32,504 bases of DNA from Nemertoderma westbladi (Eukaryota > Animalia > Xenacoelomorpha), in the NCBI GenBank assembly GCA_032718475.1, contig JAUCBJ010006483.1, positions 1 to 32,504 of the forward strand, written 5' to 3'. Both the position numbers and the translations under genes were made by a program. This document shows positions 11,251 through 22,797 of this stretch, one piece after another. How positions within the stretch are numbered: the first letter of the stretch is position 1; every line of letters starts with the position of its first letter. The notes beneath the pieces are model-generated. The model had not been told where the DNA came from. It saw nothing but the letters and a program-made list of their open reading frames with translations, and did no database searches.

Positions 11251-11889
11251 GACCGAACGTAATCATGATCAAATGTAACATAGTTATTACGTATCGAACG
11301 TAACCGCAATTATGTTACATTGGATCCTATAACTATGTTACATTCGATCTACAAATTACTAAGCCCGAATGTAACATTGCCATTTAAAGGAGCAGGTTAC
11401 AGAGGCGTGTTGGGGGAACCAAAACAATAAACGAAAGTTAACACATGTTACAAGATTATACAGGTTACTTTTATTTAAGGGAGCAGGTTACAGAGGCGTG
11501 TTGGGGGAACCAAAACAATAAACGAAAGTTAACACATGTTACAAGATTATACAGGTTACTTTTATTTAAAGGAGCAGGTTACAGAGGCGTGTTGGGGGAA
11601 CCAAAACAATAAACGAAAGTTAACACATGTTACAAGATTATACAGGTTACTTAATTGGGTCTTGGGTCTTTGTTTTGTACTTCCCAAACTGCTTCTTCAT
11701 GTAAATAAAGGAAGCATTTTATGGGTTAACTCCTGAAATAAAAACACAACAGCAATAAATATATGTTACATTCGGGCTTAGTAATTTATAGATCGAATGT
11801 AACATAGTTATAGGATCCAATGTAACATAATTGAGGTTACGTTCGATTCTTAAAAACTATGTTACATTCGATCCTGGTTATGTTCAGTC
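11251..11889. mobile_element. MITE-like element with ~127-bp inverted repeats
   Basis: 11251-11377 and 11763-11889 are reverse complements with scattered mismatches, and both are made of atgttacatt/aatgtaacat subrepeats. No TSD found. Confidence 0.8.
11382..11652. repeat. Three tandem copies of a 91-bp unit inside the MITE
   Basis: atttaaaggagcaggttacagaggcgtgttgggggaacc... starts at 11382, 11473 and 11564. Confidence 0.95.
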
Positions 11890-13095
11890 TGATTTGATAT
11901 TTGATTTGATATTTATTTCTTTCTGCTGGTTACATATACAAATTTTAACAAATACATATAAACAACATTAACCAATAAAATTAAACCAATATTAAAAAAA
12001 AAAAGAAAAAAATTTATAGTGTGAGACGACCACCACAGAAGACTAATAGCCAGGCTAGTGCCGTCTTGCTGTGGTGGCAGGAACCAACAGGGGGGGGGGG
12101 GGGGGGGGGGTGCCTGGTCCTTTTGAAATTTCGAATGTAGGCCTATATTACCGAACACATACACGTATGTATCGTGTAACGTAAATCAAACAGTTTAACA
12201 ACATTGTGGTTCGCATATATTTTAATTCTGTTTCAATTTTTATTGGGATTATTACCTTTATTTTTGTATGATTGAATATTAAAATTAAAATTAACGGTAA
12301 ATGTTATAGCTCTGAAAATAAGTGGTTTTTTAAGTTTGACGTAAAAGACGATTTTGATTTTTATTGTGTATCTCTAGTGGCACAGAATTCCAGATCGAGG
12401 GTCCTCGAAAACTCACTGATCTCTGTGAGGAAGTTAGGTGACATAGTGGTATTGAGAAGTTGCCATGGGAAGCGCTGCGGGTAGGGTAGTTGTGGACTGA
12501 AGAACGTTTTTGGAATAGTTTACCGAGGGTGGAATTTGGGCTTATGGTTTTCGAATAAATATCGTACATGAAAGTGCAAACTGATAGTTCATAGAGTTTG
12601 TTAAGTGGTAAAATATTTAATTGTTTGTAAATGGGAATTGATGACGATCTGTAGTGTGAAAATGTAATACAGCGTAAAAGTTTATTGATTTTTGTACGTA
12701 GTGGTTTCAGTGTGGTGGAATATGTGCTACCCCATACCAGGATCCCATAGTTAACGTAGGGATGGATCAATGAAAAGTAGAGGGTTCTGAGTATATGTAG
12801 AAGAAATATGTGCCTAAGTTTATAGAAAATACCGCTGGATTTAGAAATTTTTTGATGAGTACCTGATATATATGTGTTTTCCACTTTAGTTTTGAATCTA
12901 TCCAAATGCCAAGTAATTTTGTGTTGTCTGTCTGTTTGATATCGGTGTTGTTAATTTTAAGTTGTAATCTGTTGTTATCGGTGGTAGTAGGAATAGGAAG
13001 GTTAGTAAATATGGTGTACTCAGTTTTCTTCAGGTTTAGTAATAGTTTATTGTCACGTAACCAGTCGTCACCCAATTCTGATAAGCTGGCGCAGC
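11890..13095 (-). mobile_element. 5'-truncated CR1-group (Crack/Daphne/L2-like) LINE with 3' UTR and tail
   Basis: Encodes WLRDNKLLLNLKKT, KLLGIWIDSKLKWKTHI, LYFSLIHPYVNYGILVWGST and GPSIWNSVP, with a frameshift near 12865. The minus-strand tail aataaatatcaaatcaaatatcaaatca is at 11890-11917. Confidence 0.9.
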
Positions 13096-14036
13096 TTTAA
13101 TAATAAATGTAAAAAAAAACACTCTTTCATTAATCTATATCATATAAAATGAAATAAAAAGGAGAACATTACCAACAGAAACACTCACGGGCAAATATAA
13201 TTGCACTACATAAAATATTTACTGGTTGATGAGTCATACAATATATGCAGCACCCACTTTTATAGGTTGGTAATTGAGCAGTAGGGGTCGGCAGGGCCCG
13301 GTAAGCGGGTATGGGTCGGTCTAACTCTGTATTATCCCGATATAATCGATGCATGTAGTTATGACCCTGAATTGCTGTATTGCATCGGTAGTTCGTGCAC
13401 ATAGAAGATAGAATATACACCAAACAACTTTCATATATCTGTATATTAATCATATTTGAATTTGCCACTATTTTATTAAAGCTTTTTTTCGATTAATTCA
13501 TTGGGTACCTATGTAAAAATTTACCAACACGAAACTGCATTCCATCACCTACACGTAGCCTACGCATAGGTTACAGGGAAAAGTCAAACCCTTGCACCTG
13601 CACCTGGTACTTAGTGCTGTAGTTAGCGTACCCTACCACCTACCTTAGTACCTGTCTGCCTATCTGCCTGTACCATACGACAGGGGGAGTACAGGAGTAG
13701 GAGGCCTAATCCTGTAATCAATTTAATTAGCCTACCGTCTGACCGGTATGTTTTCATCTATAATTTATAGCAATATCCTGATGTCAGCTGGCCTGTGGTC
13801 AGAGCAATAGCAACACCAGTCATCCAGTCACCAGATGCCAGAACAGGCTGACAGGGTTTCCTTCCAGCCCCACCCACTTCAGGGGTACCGGTACTGAAGT
13901 AGGCCTATCTCAGACTGCAGGTCTGTCTGTCTGCCAGTATCTGCAAACAAAATTTCGAAATAGGAGACCTGGAGACTGCGACTACACCAGCCTGCCAGCA
14001 CCATACTGCCATACGCATACAGCCATAGTGTATATA

Positions 14037-14551
14037 CCAGGCTGCAAATGAAGTGCAAAAATCGCAACGCGTTGTGCACGTGTATTTGAAATAGTGCGAA
14101 ATTATGTGAAAGACAACAAAAGTGCGCAGTAATCTGTGCAAAATATCAAAAGTCATAAAGTGCGCCACAGGCGGATGAGGTGTAAAAAGTTAAAAAGTTT
14201 ACATGCCATGCAAAGTGAGAAAAATAATTTGCCACAAAAAAATTCGCTCGCTTCGCTCGCGTTTATTTGCATTTTTCATTGTCAGATTGCTCAAATGTCT
14301 AAATTTCGCTCACTTTGAGTTTTGCTCGCGTTTCAGCGTTTCTTTTTCATTTTGCATTGTTATTGAAAAAAATTTAGGCCTAACAAAAAAAAACGCAAAC
14401 ATACATGTTTGCGTTTTTTTTGTTAAAATGTGGTGTGCGCGTTTTTTTCGGTGCATGCGCGGTGTACCTATTGTCCAATATTGCGTGGCTGAAAAATTGT
14501 GCGCAGGCGTTGTGCGCGGTTCAGTTGTCAGTGGTGGTTTGCAGGGCCTGG
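14037..14551. mobile_element. Probable hAT-like MITE
   Basis: Imperfect termini ccagg(cc)ctgcaaa and tttgcagggcctgg. agtgtata lies at 14027-14034 (2 nt from the left end) and at 14552-14559. Internal gtgc(a/g) subrepeats and ctcgcttcgctcgc. Confidence 0.55.
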
Positions 14552-15442
14552 AGTGTATAGCAGCATCAGAGCATAGTTCACCAAACTGCCAAAGTTACCG
14601 GTACGCGGTACCCAACTGCCCGATCCCAGAATCCAGCAATCTGCCAAGTTGTAAATTCAACTCTAAAATGGCAGGAGGCGCTGAAGGCCCCCAAGACGTG
14701 ACAGAAGGGGTGTTTTCATTGTTTTTATGGATGTACCGGTAACTCGAAAAGTTAACCCTCTTTACCAATGGAATAAAAACTTTCACCATCGGGAATAGGC
14801 CCTACATTTTATTTAGGCCTGAGTTGCCTCTAGTCAGCTAGTTGAATTTTAAACTCTAGGCAGCTAGGCCTACTCCAAAAGTTGAATTTTAATAAAAAGT
14901 TAAATTCAACTGTTCAACTCAGTTGAAACTAGAACTTCTCCTCCCCGACTGACCGTTACCGGTACCACAGCAGCGTAGTGTTTATTGCAATCAGTGATTA
15001 CTGTTTTTATGGTTACGTTTTTCCTGTATGCATAGGTCCTACATTTTCCCCCCTATCAACCTATGCCCGTGGCGAACCACTTAAATACTTTTTTTTTTTC
15101 AAACTTTGATGATTCCCCTATGCAGCTATGCATGCCCATGGCGAACCACTTATACTATTTTCAAGTTTGTTGATTCCTGTACCCTACCCTGCCCTAACTA
15201 AGAAATCTAATTATTTGATGAAAGTTTATTTATTAATGTTTTATTTATTTATTAATAGTACCGGTACCCGGTAGTAATAATAACAATAGGTACTTGATTA
15301 CCATACATTGCACTGTAATATTGTATATAATTACCTAATTAAGTAAAACTGCTAATTTAACTATGTATTAATAAATGGCACAAATTGCAAATTGATTTAT
15401 TATTGCTGTATTGTACAAAATGTCACAATTCCTAAAAATATG

Positions 15443-18400
15443 GGGTTTGACTAAATACGCCACCGACAACCACCGACACCTTTCGCATACCACCGACAAC
15501 CACCGACAACAAAAGACACAAACCGACAGGTAAGATCGCAAACCGACAGTATACCGACAACTTCGGCAATGTTAGTAAACTATTTCAGTACATGATTATA
15601 CAATTTTTATTTCCAGTCCAAATATTTATAACAAAGCATATTGTCCACTGTCGGCCTGTTGTCGGTGGTGTAATTAGTCATGATAATTTATTTAAAATAT
15701 AATACCGCCTTCATATATTATCTGTTTTGAATTATTATATTGCATAGCGTAATGGTAAAAATCGTTAGTGTTTTTCATATGTCGATGTGTTGCTAGTATT
15801 ATTAGTTTTTGTCGGTGGTAGTCAGACTGTTGTCGGTGGTAGTCAGACTATTGTCGGTGGTATATTTCTGCGGTATCAGTTCCTATACTCTAACATACAG
15901 TACAGTGCAATACAATTCCGAAATTTATTACTTTACATACACCTGCACATTGTGTGACGTAATTGGTATTTACCTAAATGACGTAAAATAAAGTGAAGGA
16001 AGGAAACAAGAAGTAACGGAAGCTCCTTTCTCTCTTGGATGTTACCGGAAAAGAATGGTTGCGCAACACAATCTCCCAAGGATGACCACTTCATAACTAT
16101 TCAACCTTTTCTGTATCCCCATAAGCCAGGCGGCATATTGTACTGTTGGATTTGTTAACATAAGACTTTGCCTTAACTGGCTTTAAAATTTGACTAAATA
16201 CTACACCGACAACCACCGACACCTTTCGCATACCACCGACAACAAAAGACACAAACCGACACAAACCGACAGGTAAGATCGCAAACCGACAGTATACCGA
16301 CAGCTTCGGCAATGTTAGTAAACTTTTTTAGTACATGATTATACAATTTTTATTCCCAGTCCAAATATTTATAACAAAGTATATTGTCCACTGTCGGCCT
16401 GTTGTCGGTGGTGTAATTAGTCATGATAATTTATTTAAAATATAATACCGCCTTCATATATTATCTGTTTTAAATTATTATATTGCATAACGTAATGGTA
16501 AAAATCGTTAGTGTTTTTCATATGTCGGTGTGTTTCTTTTATTATTAGTTTTTGTCGGTGGTAGTCAGACTGTTGTCGGTGGTAGTCAGACTGTTGCCAG
16601 TGGTATATTTCTGCGGTATCCGTTCCTAAACGCACTGCCGAATTTTATTACTTTACATACAGCTGCACATTGTGTGATGTAATTGGTATTTCCCTACATG
16701 ATGTGAAGTAAAGGCTTCTCCTTGTAATAACCTGACAGCCATAAACATACAGTGCGTGGGAGGTTACACTTCACTACACGATAGACCACACTAAATGAAG
16801 AACGTAGTTAATGTTTACAGAACAAGACAACGTTTGGTTATACTGTACGAATGACTAATTACGCCACCGACAGTAGTAAACTGACAGTTCCGAGAATTAA
16901 TAAAATGTTGAAATATTTTGAGTGTGAATTCAGAATTAAACTTCTATAAACTCGCGCTAATATAATCAACCAACAGTGACGGAATGTCGGTTTGTCATTT
17001 TACTTGTCGGTTTGTGTCTTTTGCCGCCAATTGTAGCGGCTTTGGGGCTTTACTAAATGCACCACCGACAATAGCCCGACGATGCCGACGCTGAATAATT
17101 CGTGATTCCTTCTTGTCGGTTTATGTTTGTCGATGTGGCTGGTTGTCGGTTTGAGGGTAAAAAGCGGAAACAAAAAGCTACATTAGCAATAATTTTTAAA
17201 GCCAGTTACGGCAAAGTCTTTACAGTAGCACATAAATGGACACTTTAGACCTTAGTCATTAATTATGTCAAGTACACTGTATAGTATAATGAACTCATCT
17301 CCAATAATACACTATAAAAAATTGGAAGTGTCTCTAGTCCCCCAAAGCTTGACACTTGAACGTAAGTGTCTCCGCTTTGCAGGATATTGCTTTCGCCGTG
17401 AGGACCAGCCAGTGCATAATCTTGTGCTTTGACGGCCTCATGGAGTGAATAGCCATAGTGGACAGCCCATGATTTTCTTGAGACGCATCTTAAAGGACAC
17501 TGGCCTTGAAGATGCGGAAGATCTAGCAAATGTCATGGTTGGTATGTTTGTCGACAAGACGTCATATCATTCTTAATATAGATGTATATATGCAACATTC
17601 CACTACAGGTACTGAACTAACTGTGGTATATTGTGTTCAATAATATCCGAAACCAGGTGGTTTATAGAAGTATAAAGTCAATTTAGTACTACTCTTCATT
17701 ATAAGCCTCGTTGTGCTCGTCCTGTTTTGTCATAAAATATTTTTTCTACGCAGACGACGACCTTTATAACTACAGTATGAGAAGTCTCGAAACTGTGTAA
17801 GTAACTGCTGATTTATGGCAGATGGATACATACATAGATAGATACATGAGACAATAAGTTTTGACAAAATACTCACCCCGCCTGTATGTACTGTATACAT
17901 GCAGGTTCGTTATTACAGTTATGTAGAATTAATTTAATTTTGGAAAACTGGTATATCTTAAACTAATATATAATTTAATGAATCAATCTTCCAATCGATC
18001 AATATTATTTTCCACCAACTCATCAATATATCAATATATCTTATACAATAGGCTATATTGCGCCTCTGCATTCTCACGGGCTGGGCACCGTTTTTTGTTT
18101 CGGTTGCGCAAATGCCTACAGTAAATGCCAACACGAAAACAAAAAGCTGCATTAGCAATAAATTTTAAAGCCAGTTAAGGCAAAGTCTTAGGTTAACAAA
18201 TCCAACAGTACAATATGCCGCCTGGCTTATGGGGATACAGAAAAGGTTGAATAGTTATGAAGAGGTCATCCTTGGGAGATTGTGTTGCGCAACCATTCTT
18301 TTCCGGTAACATCCAAGAGAGAAAGGAGCTTCCGTTACTTCTTGTTTCCTTCCTTCACTTTACTTTACGTCATTTAGGTAAATACCAATTACGTCACACA

Positions 18401-19665
18401 ATGTGCAGGTGTATGTAAAGTAATAAATTTCGGAATTGTATTGCACTGTACTGTATGTTAGAGTATAGGAACTGATACCGCAGAAATATACCACCGACAA
18501 TAGTCTGACTACCACCGACAACAGTCTGACTACCACCGACAAAAACTAATAATAATAGCAACACACCGACATATGAAAAACACTAACGATTTTTACCATT
18601 ACGCTATGCAATATAATAATTCAAAACAGATAATATATGAAGGCGGTATTATATTTTAAATAAATTATCATGACTAATTACACCACCGACAACAGGCCGA
18701 CAGTGGACAATATACTTTGTTATAAATATTTGGACTGGGAATAAAAATTGTATAATCATGTACTAAAAAAGTTTACTAACATTGCCGAAGCTGTCGGTAT
18801 ACTGTCGGTTTGCGATCTTACCTGTCGGTTTGTGTCTTTTGTTGTCGGTGGTATGCGAAAGGTGTCGGTGGTTGTCGGTGTAGTATTTAGTCAAATTTTA
18901 AAGCCAGTTAAGGCAAAGTCTTATGTTAACAAATCCAACAGTACAATATGCCGCCTGGCTTATGGGGATACAGAAAAGGTTGAATAGTTATGAAGTGGTC
19001 ATCCTTGGGAGATTGTGTTGGGCAACCATTCTTTTCCGGTAACATCCAAGAGAGAAACGAGTTTCCGTTGCTTCTTGTTTCCTTCCTTCACTTTACTTTA
19101 CGTCATTTAGGTAAATACCAATTACGTCACACAATGTGCAGCTGTATGTAAAGTAATAAATTTCGGCATTGTACAGTAGGGGCCTATCGCACTGTACTGT
19201 ATGTCCAAGTTTAAGAACGGATACCGCAGAAATATACCACTGACAAAAGTCTGACTACCACCGACAACAGTCTGACTACCACCGACAAAAACTAATAATA
19301 ATAGCAACACACCGACATATGAAAAACACTAACGATTTTTACCATTACGTTATGCAATATAATAATTTAAAACAAGATAATATATGAAGGCGGTATTATA
19401 TTTTAAAGAAATTATCATGACTAATTACACCACCGACAACAGGCCGACAGTGGACAATATGCTTTGTTATAAATATTTGGACTGGAAATAAAAATTGTAT
19501 AATCATGTACTGAAATAGTTTACTAACATTGCCGAAGTTGTCGGTATACTGTCGGTTTGCGATCTTACCTGTCGGTTTGTGTCGGTTTGTGTCTTTTGTT
19601 GTCGGTGGTTGTCGGTGGTATGCGAAAGGTGTCGGTGGTTGTCGGTGGCGTATTTAGTCAAACCC
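15443..19665. mobile_element. Large foldback-like structure whose inverted arms are tandem ~740-bp units
   Basis: Ends are gggtttgactaaatacgccaccgac and gtcggtggcgtatttagtcaaaccc. Left-arm units lie at 15446-16188 and 16189-~16712 (partial); right-arm reverse-complement units at 18163-18895 and 18896-19662. No transposase ORF or TSD seen. Confidence 0.85.
17265..17580 (+). mobile_element. RTE-like LINE 3' fragment, same family as 10451-11235 in the opposite orientation
   Basis: gaggaccagccagtgcataatcttgtgcttt...gatctagcaaatgtcatgg is a diverged reverse complement of ~10490-10810. Confidence 0.85.
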
Positions 19666-19869
19666 GGCTACCTGCTACCGGCCTACAGCCTACTGCTATA
19701 TGCTGATATGGAATAGGCCTACTGACAAAAGGCGCGCCACACATGGGTTCTGGGTAGACGAAATGTGTGCCAGCCAACCATTGGACATGAAATTTTGCAA
19801 TAATTGTAATTAATCATTTATCATTTTATAATGGAATAGGCAGATAGCTGGATAGGCTACAGTATTTTA

Positions 19870-20130
19870 ACATTAAAATGCGAGCGTAGCAGCCAGCAAG
19901 GAAATTTTTCGGAAATGTCAACAATAATACAGTAATACAGTACCTAATATTCAGAGGTCAACCGACTGTTTTTAAATATAGATGTGAATATGATGCGATT
20001 AAATTGCGAGCGTAGCGAGCAAGGAAATTTTACCATGTATACAGTCTGACAGTACTACTGTACTAGGCCAACGGACTGTTTTTAAATTCAGCTGTGATTA
20101 AATTGCGAGCATAGCGAGCACGGAAATTCT
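19870..20130. repeat. Three degenerate tandem units (likely TE-internal) upstream of DCTN2
   Basis: ttaaa(a/t)tgcgagc(g/a)tagc..agca.ggaaatt recurs at ~19873, ~19999 and ~20098. Confidence 0.6.
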
Positions 20131-20690
20131 GCTGAATCATGGTTTTATTCGTTTATAGGCCTATTGCAGTATTGGTTTGAACAATTGAAAAACTGTTGAA
20201 ACAAACAAGTCCTGAAGTCATGTTTTTAAAGGGGAAAGCCTCTTTTCCAATCCCTCTTTTTTAACATGTATAATTTCATAGATAGGGGAATATGTTGCCA
20301 ATGCATTGCTACTGCCACTGCCAGACTGCTACATACTACAGTCAGACAGTACTCCGCTGCCGGGTACATCCATCCATATTCGCGCCAGGGTCCTTAATGC
20401 GCGCCACACATGTTGAGCAAACTCCTGAACTCTACATAAATTCCAACCTGGAGTACCGGTAGGCTACTTAGTAAGGCTGTACATCAGTACATTGCTGCAC
20501 TGTAAGGCAGTACAAGGCAGCAAGGAATGATAAGGAACACACCTTATAGGTACCTACCAGCCTACTGTTACAGTATTATACAGTTACTGACCACACTGAG
20601 TTATAAGACTCTAAAAATCCTGTCGGGCCTATCCGCCTAATCTGGTAATCAGACCGATATTAATAAGGCCTATAACTGTATAATGCTGTA

Positions 20691-21896
20691 ATGGATCCCA
20701 AATACGCCAACTTACCGGGAATAGACAAAAACGGGAAGGATGTTTACGAGTCGAGTAATTTACTCCCGGAAGACGAGCAGAGTTTATACGACGACGGTGA
20801 GGAGAACGGACAGTCAGACAGCGTACATCCCGAGACCGTTGAGTTCCGTGACGCCTTCACCAAGTTTAAAGACAAACAATTGGACAGTAAGAGCTTGAGC
20901 TATCAGTCGTCTTTATTGGGTCGTTCCGGGGTTCCTAAGTCGGAATACGTCTCTCTAGTCGAGGAGTTGCGCGGCGAAGAATCTTTGCAGGATAAATGCG
21001 AACGTCTGAAACAAGAAACGTTGGAGTTGGCCGCTGAGATCGAAGGTTCGAGTTCGTCTACGAATCCGCCGACCAACCTCGGCGAGTTGTCCTCCGTAGT
21101 GAAGGCCGTGCAGGGACATCTCGCGGACGCCCATATCCGGAAGATATTAACCGCAGATAAACCGGTCGACATCGGAGACCCGACCTCCGAGATTCCCAAG
21201 TCGCTAGAGACGCAAATCGATAAGATGAAATCCGCGGCATTTAAAGATCCTCCTAAAGGGAGGGGGTCCAAAGTCGCTCCGGAGGAGTCTGGCTTCATTT
21301 CGTACCAGTTGAGTTACCGACCGGAGGCCGCCAAGTTCCCGGCGGCAGCCCGGGTCTCCCAGCTGGAGTCTCGGATCGCCGCGCTGGAGGGTCTGGTCGG
21401 AACCGACCCCATGAAGCCCGGACGTCTGCTATCCGGGGTCACTGACCGCTCATTACTCGGGATGGTCAACCATCTCCAGTCCAAGGCGACGTTATTGGAC
21501 ACCGGGCAGTTGGACCACATCGAGGGGCGTCTGCAGGCTCTCCTCGTGCAGATTAAATCCTTACAGGAGCAGCACAAAGGTCTCCTTGCTGAGTCGGCGA
21601 AGAGCGCAAAGATTAACGAGTTGTACGAGATGATGAAGCGATGGGATCCCATGAGCGAAGCGTTGCCGTTGGTAGTGGATAGACTGACGGCGTTGCAGGA
21701 CCTCCATCAGCAGACCATGCAGTTCGGGCAGGCGTTGGCACATCTAGACGCGACGCAGCAGCAGATAGCCGGCTCGTTGCAGTCACAGGGACTGTTATTT
21801 AACCAACTCCAGTCCAATATGGCGATGAACGTCGAAAATATCGGGTTGAATATGAAGAGGATTGAGGAACGGATGGCGACGCTGAATAAACCGTGA
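20691..21896 (+). CDS. DCTN2: Dynactin subunit 2 (p50 dynamitin), full length, intronless
   Basis: 401-aa ORF. The N-terminus MDPKYANLPGID...DVYESS.LPEDEQ matches the dynamitin signature, followed by AF.KFKDK, ES..DK..RL..E..EL, KINELYE...W...LP.VV.RL..L..LH.Q..QFGQ.L.HLD.TQQ.I and coiled-coil character. Confidence 0.97.
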   Translation: MDPKYANLPGIDKNGKDVYESSNLLPEDEQSLYDDGEENGQSDSVHPETVEFRDAFTKFKDKQLDSKSLSYQSSLLGRSGVPKSEYVSLVEELRGEESLQDKCERLKQETLELAAEIEGSSSSTNPPTNLGELSSVVKAVQGHLADAHIRKILTADKPVDIGDPTSEIPKSLETQIDKMKSAAFKDPPKGRGSKVAPEESGFISYQLSYRPEAAKFPAAARVSQLESRIAALEGLVGTDPMKPGRLLSGVTDRSLLGMVNHLQSKATLLDTGQLDHIEGRLQALLVQIKSLQEQHKGLLAESAKSAKINELYEMMKRWDPMSEALPLVVDRLTALQDLHQQTMQFGQALAHLDATQQQIAGSLQSQGLLFNQLQSNMAMNVENIGLNMKRIEERMATLNKP

Positions 21897-22064
21897 TGGT
21901 TTGTTTTTGTTTAACATTCATCGCGTTACAATATAATTATAATCTATTTTATATGTTGCATAGAACCTGGTTTAGTATTTAGTTACAAGACTGGTATAAA
22001 ACACTATGACTTATATTTAACTAGCGTAACAGCTCCATTACGAACAATCAAGTACCGGAACCTA

Positions 22065-22773
22065 CGTCAACTACAGCACCACCGTCCACTACAGCACCAC
22101 CGTCCACTACAGCACCACCGTCCACTACAGCACCACCGCCCACTACAGCACCACCGTCCACTACAGCACCACCGTCCACTACAGAACCACCGTCCACTAA
22201 CTATCCACTACAGCACCACCGCCCACTACAGCACCACCGTCCACTACAGCACCACCGTCCACTACAGCACCACCGCCCACTACAGCACCACCGTCCACTA
22301 CAGCACCACCGTCCACTACAGCACCACCGTCCACTACAGCACCACCGTCCACTACAGCACCACCGCCCACTACAGCACCACCGTCCACTACAGCACCACC
22401 GTCCACTACAGAACCACCGTCCACTAACTATCCACTACAGCACCACCGCCCACTACAGCACCACCGTCCACTACAGCACCACCGTCCACTACAGCACCAC
22501 CGCCCACTACAGCACCACCGTCCACTACAGCACCACCGTCCACTACAGCACCACCGTCCACTACAGCACCACCGTCCACTACAGCACCACCGCCCACTAC
22601 ACCACCACCGTCCACTACAGCACCACCGTCCACTACAGAACCACCGTCCACTAACTATCCACTACAGCACCACCGCCCACTACAGCACTACCGTCAACTA
22701 CAGCACCACCGTCCACTACAGAACCACCGTCCACTACAGCACCACCGTCAACTACAGCACCACCGTCCACTAC
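22065..22773. repeat. 18-bp minisatellite (ccactacagcaccaccgt) with a 227-bp higher-order period
   Basis: About 38 units. An 11-bp interruption (ccactaactat) recurs at ~22194, ~22421 and ~22648. Confidence 0.97.
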
Positions 22774-22797
22774 GCTGACACCACATTTATATTAATA

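Noticed and set aside
18748-18987. YVNKSNSTICRLAYG as the missing GPCR TM7
   Set aside because: It lies in a multi-copy foldback unit and lacks NPxxY and a hydrophobic helix, so the resemblance is coincidental.
22197-22651. Gly/Val-rich (VDGGAV)n ORFs and the mucin-like plus frame
   Set aside because: These are translations of the 18-bp minisatellite, broken by 11-bp interruptions.
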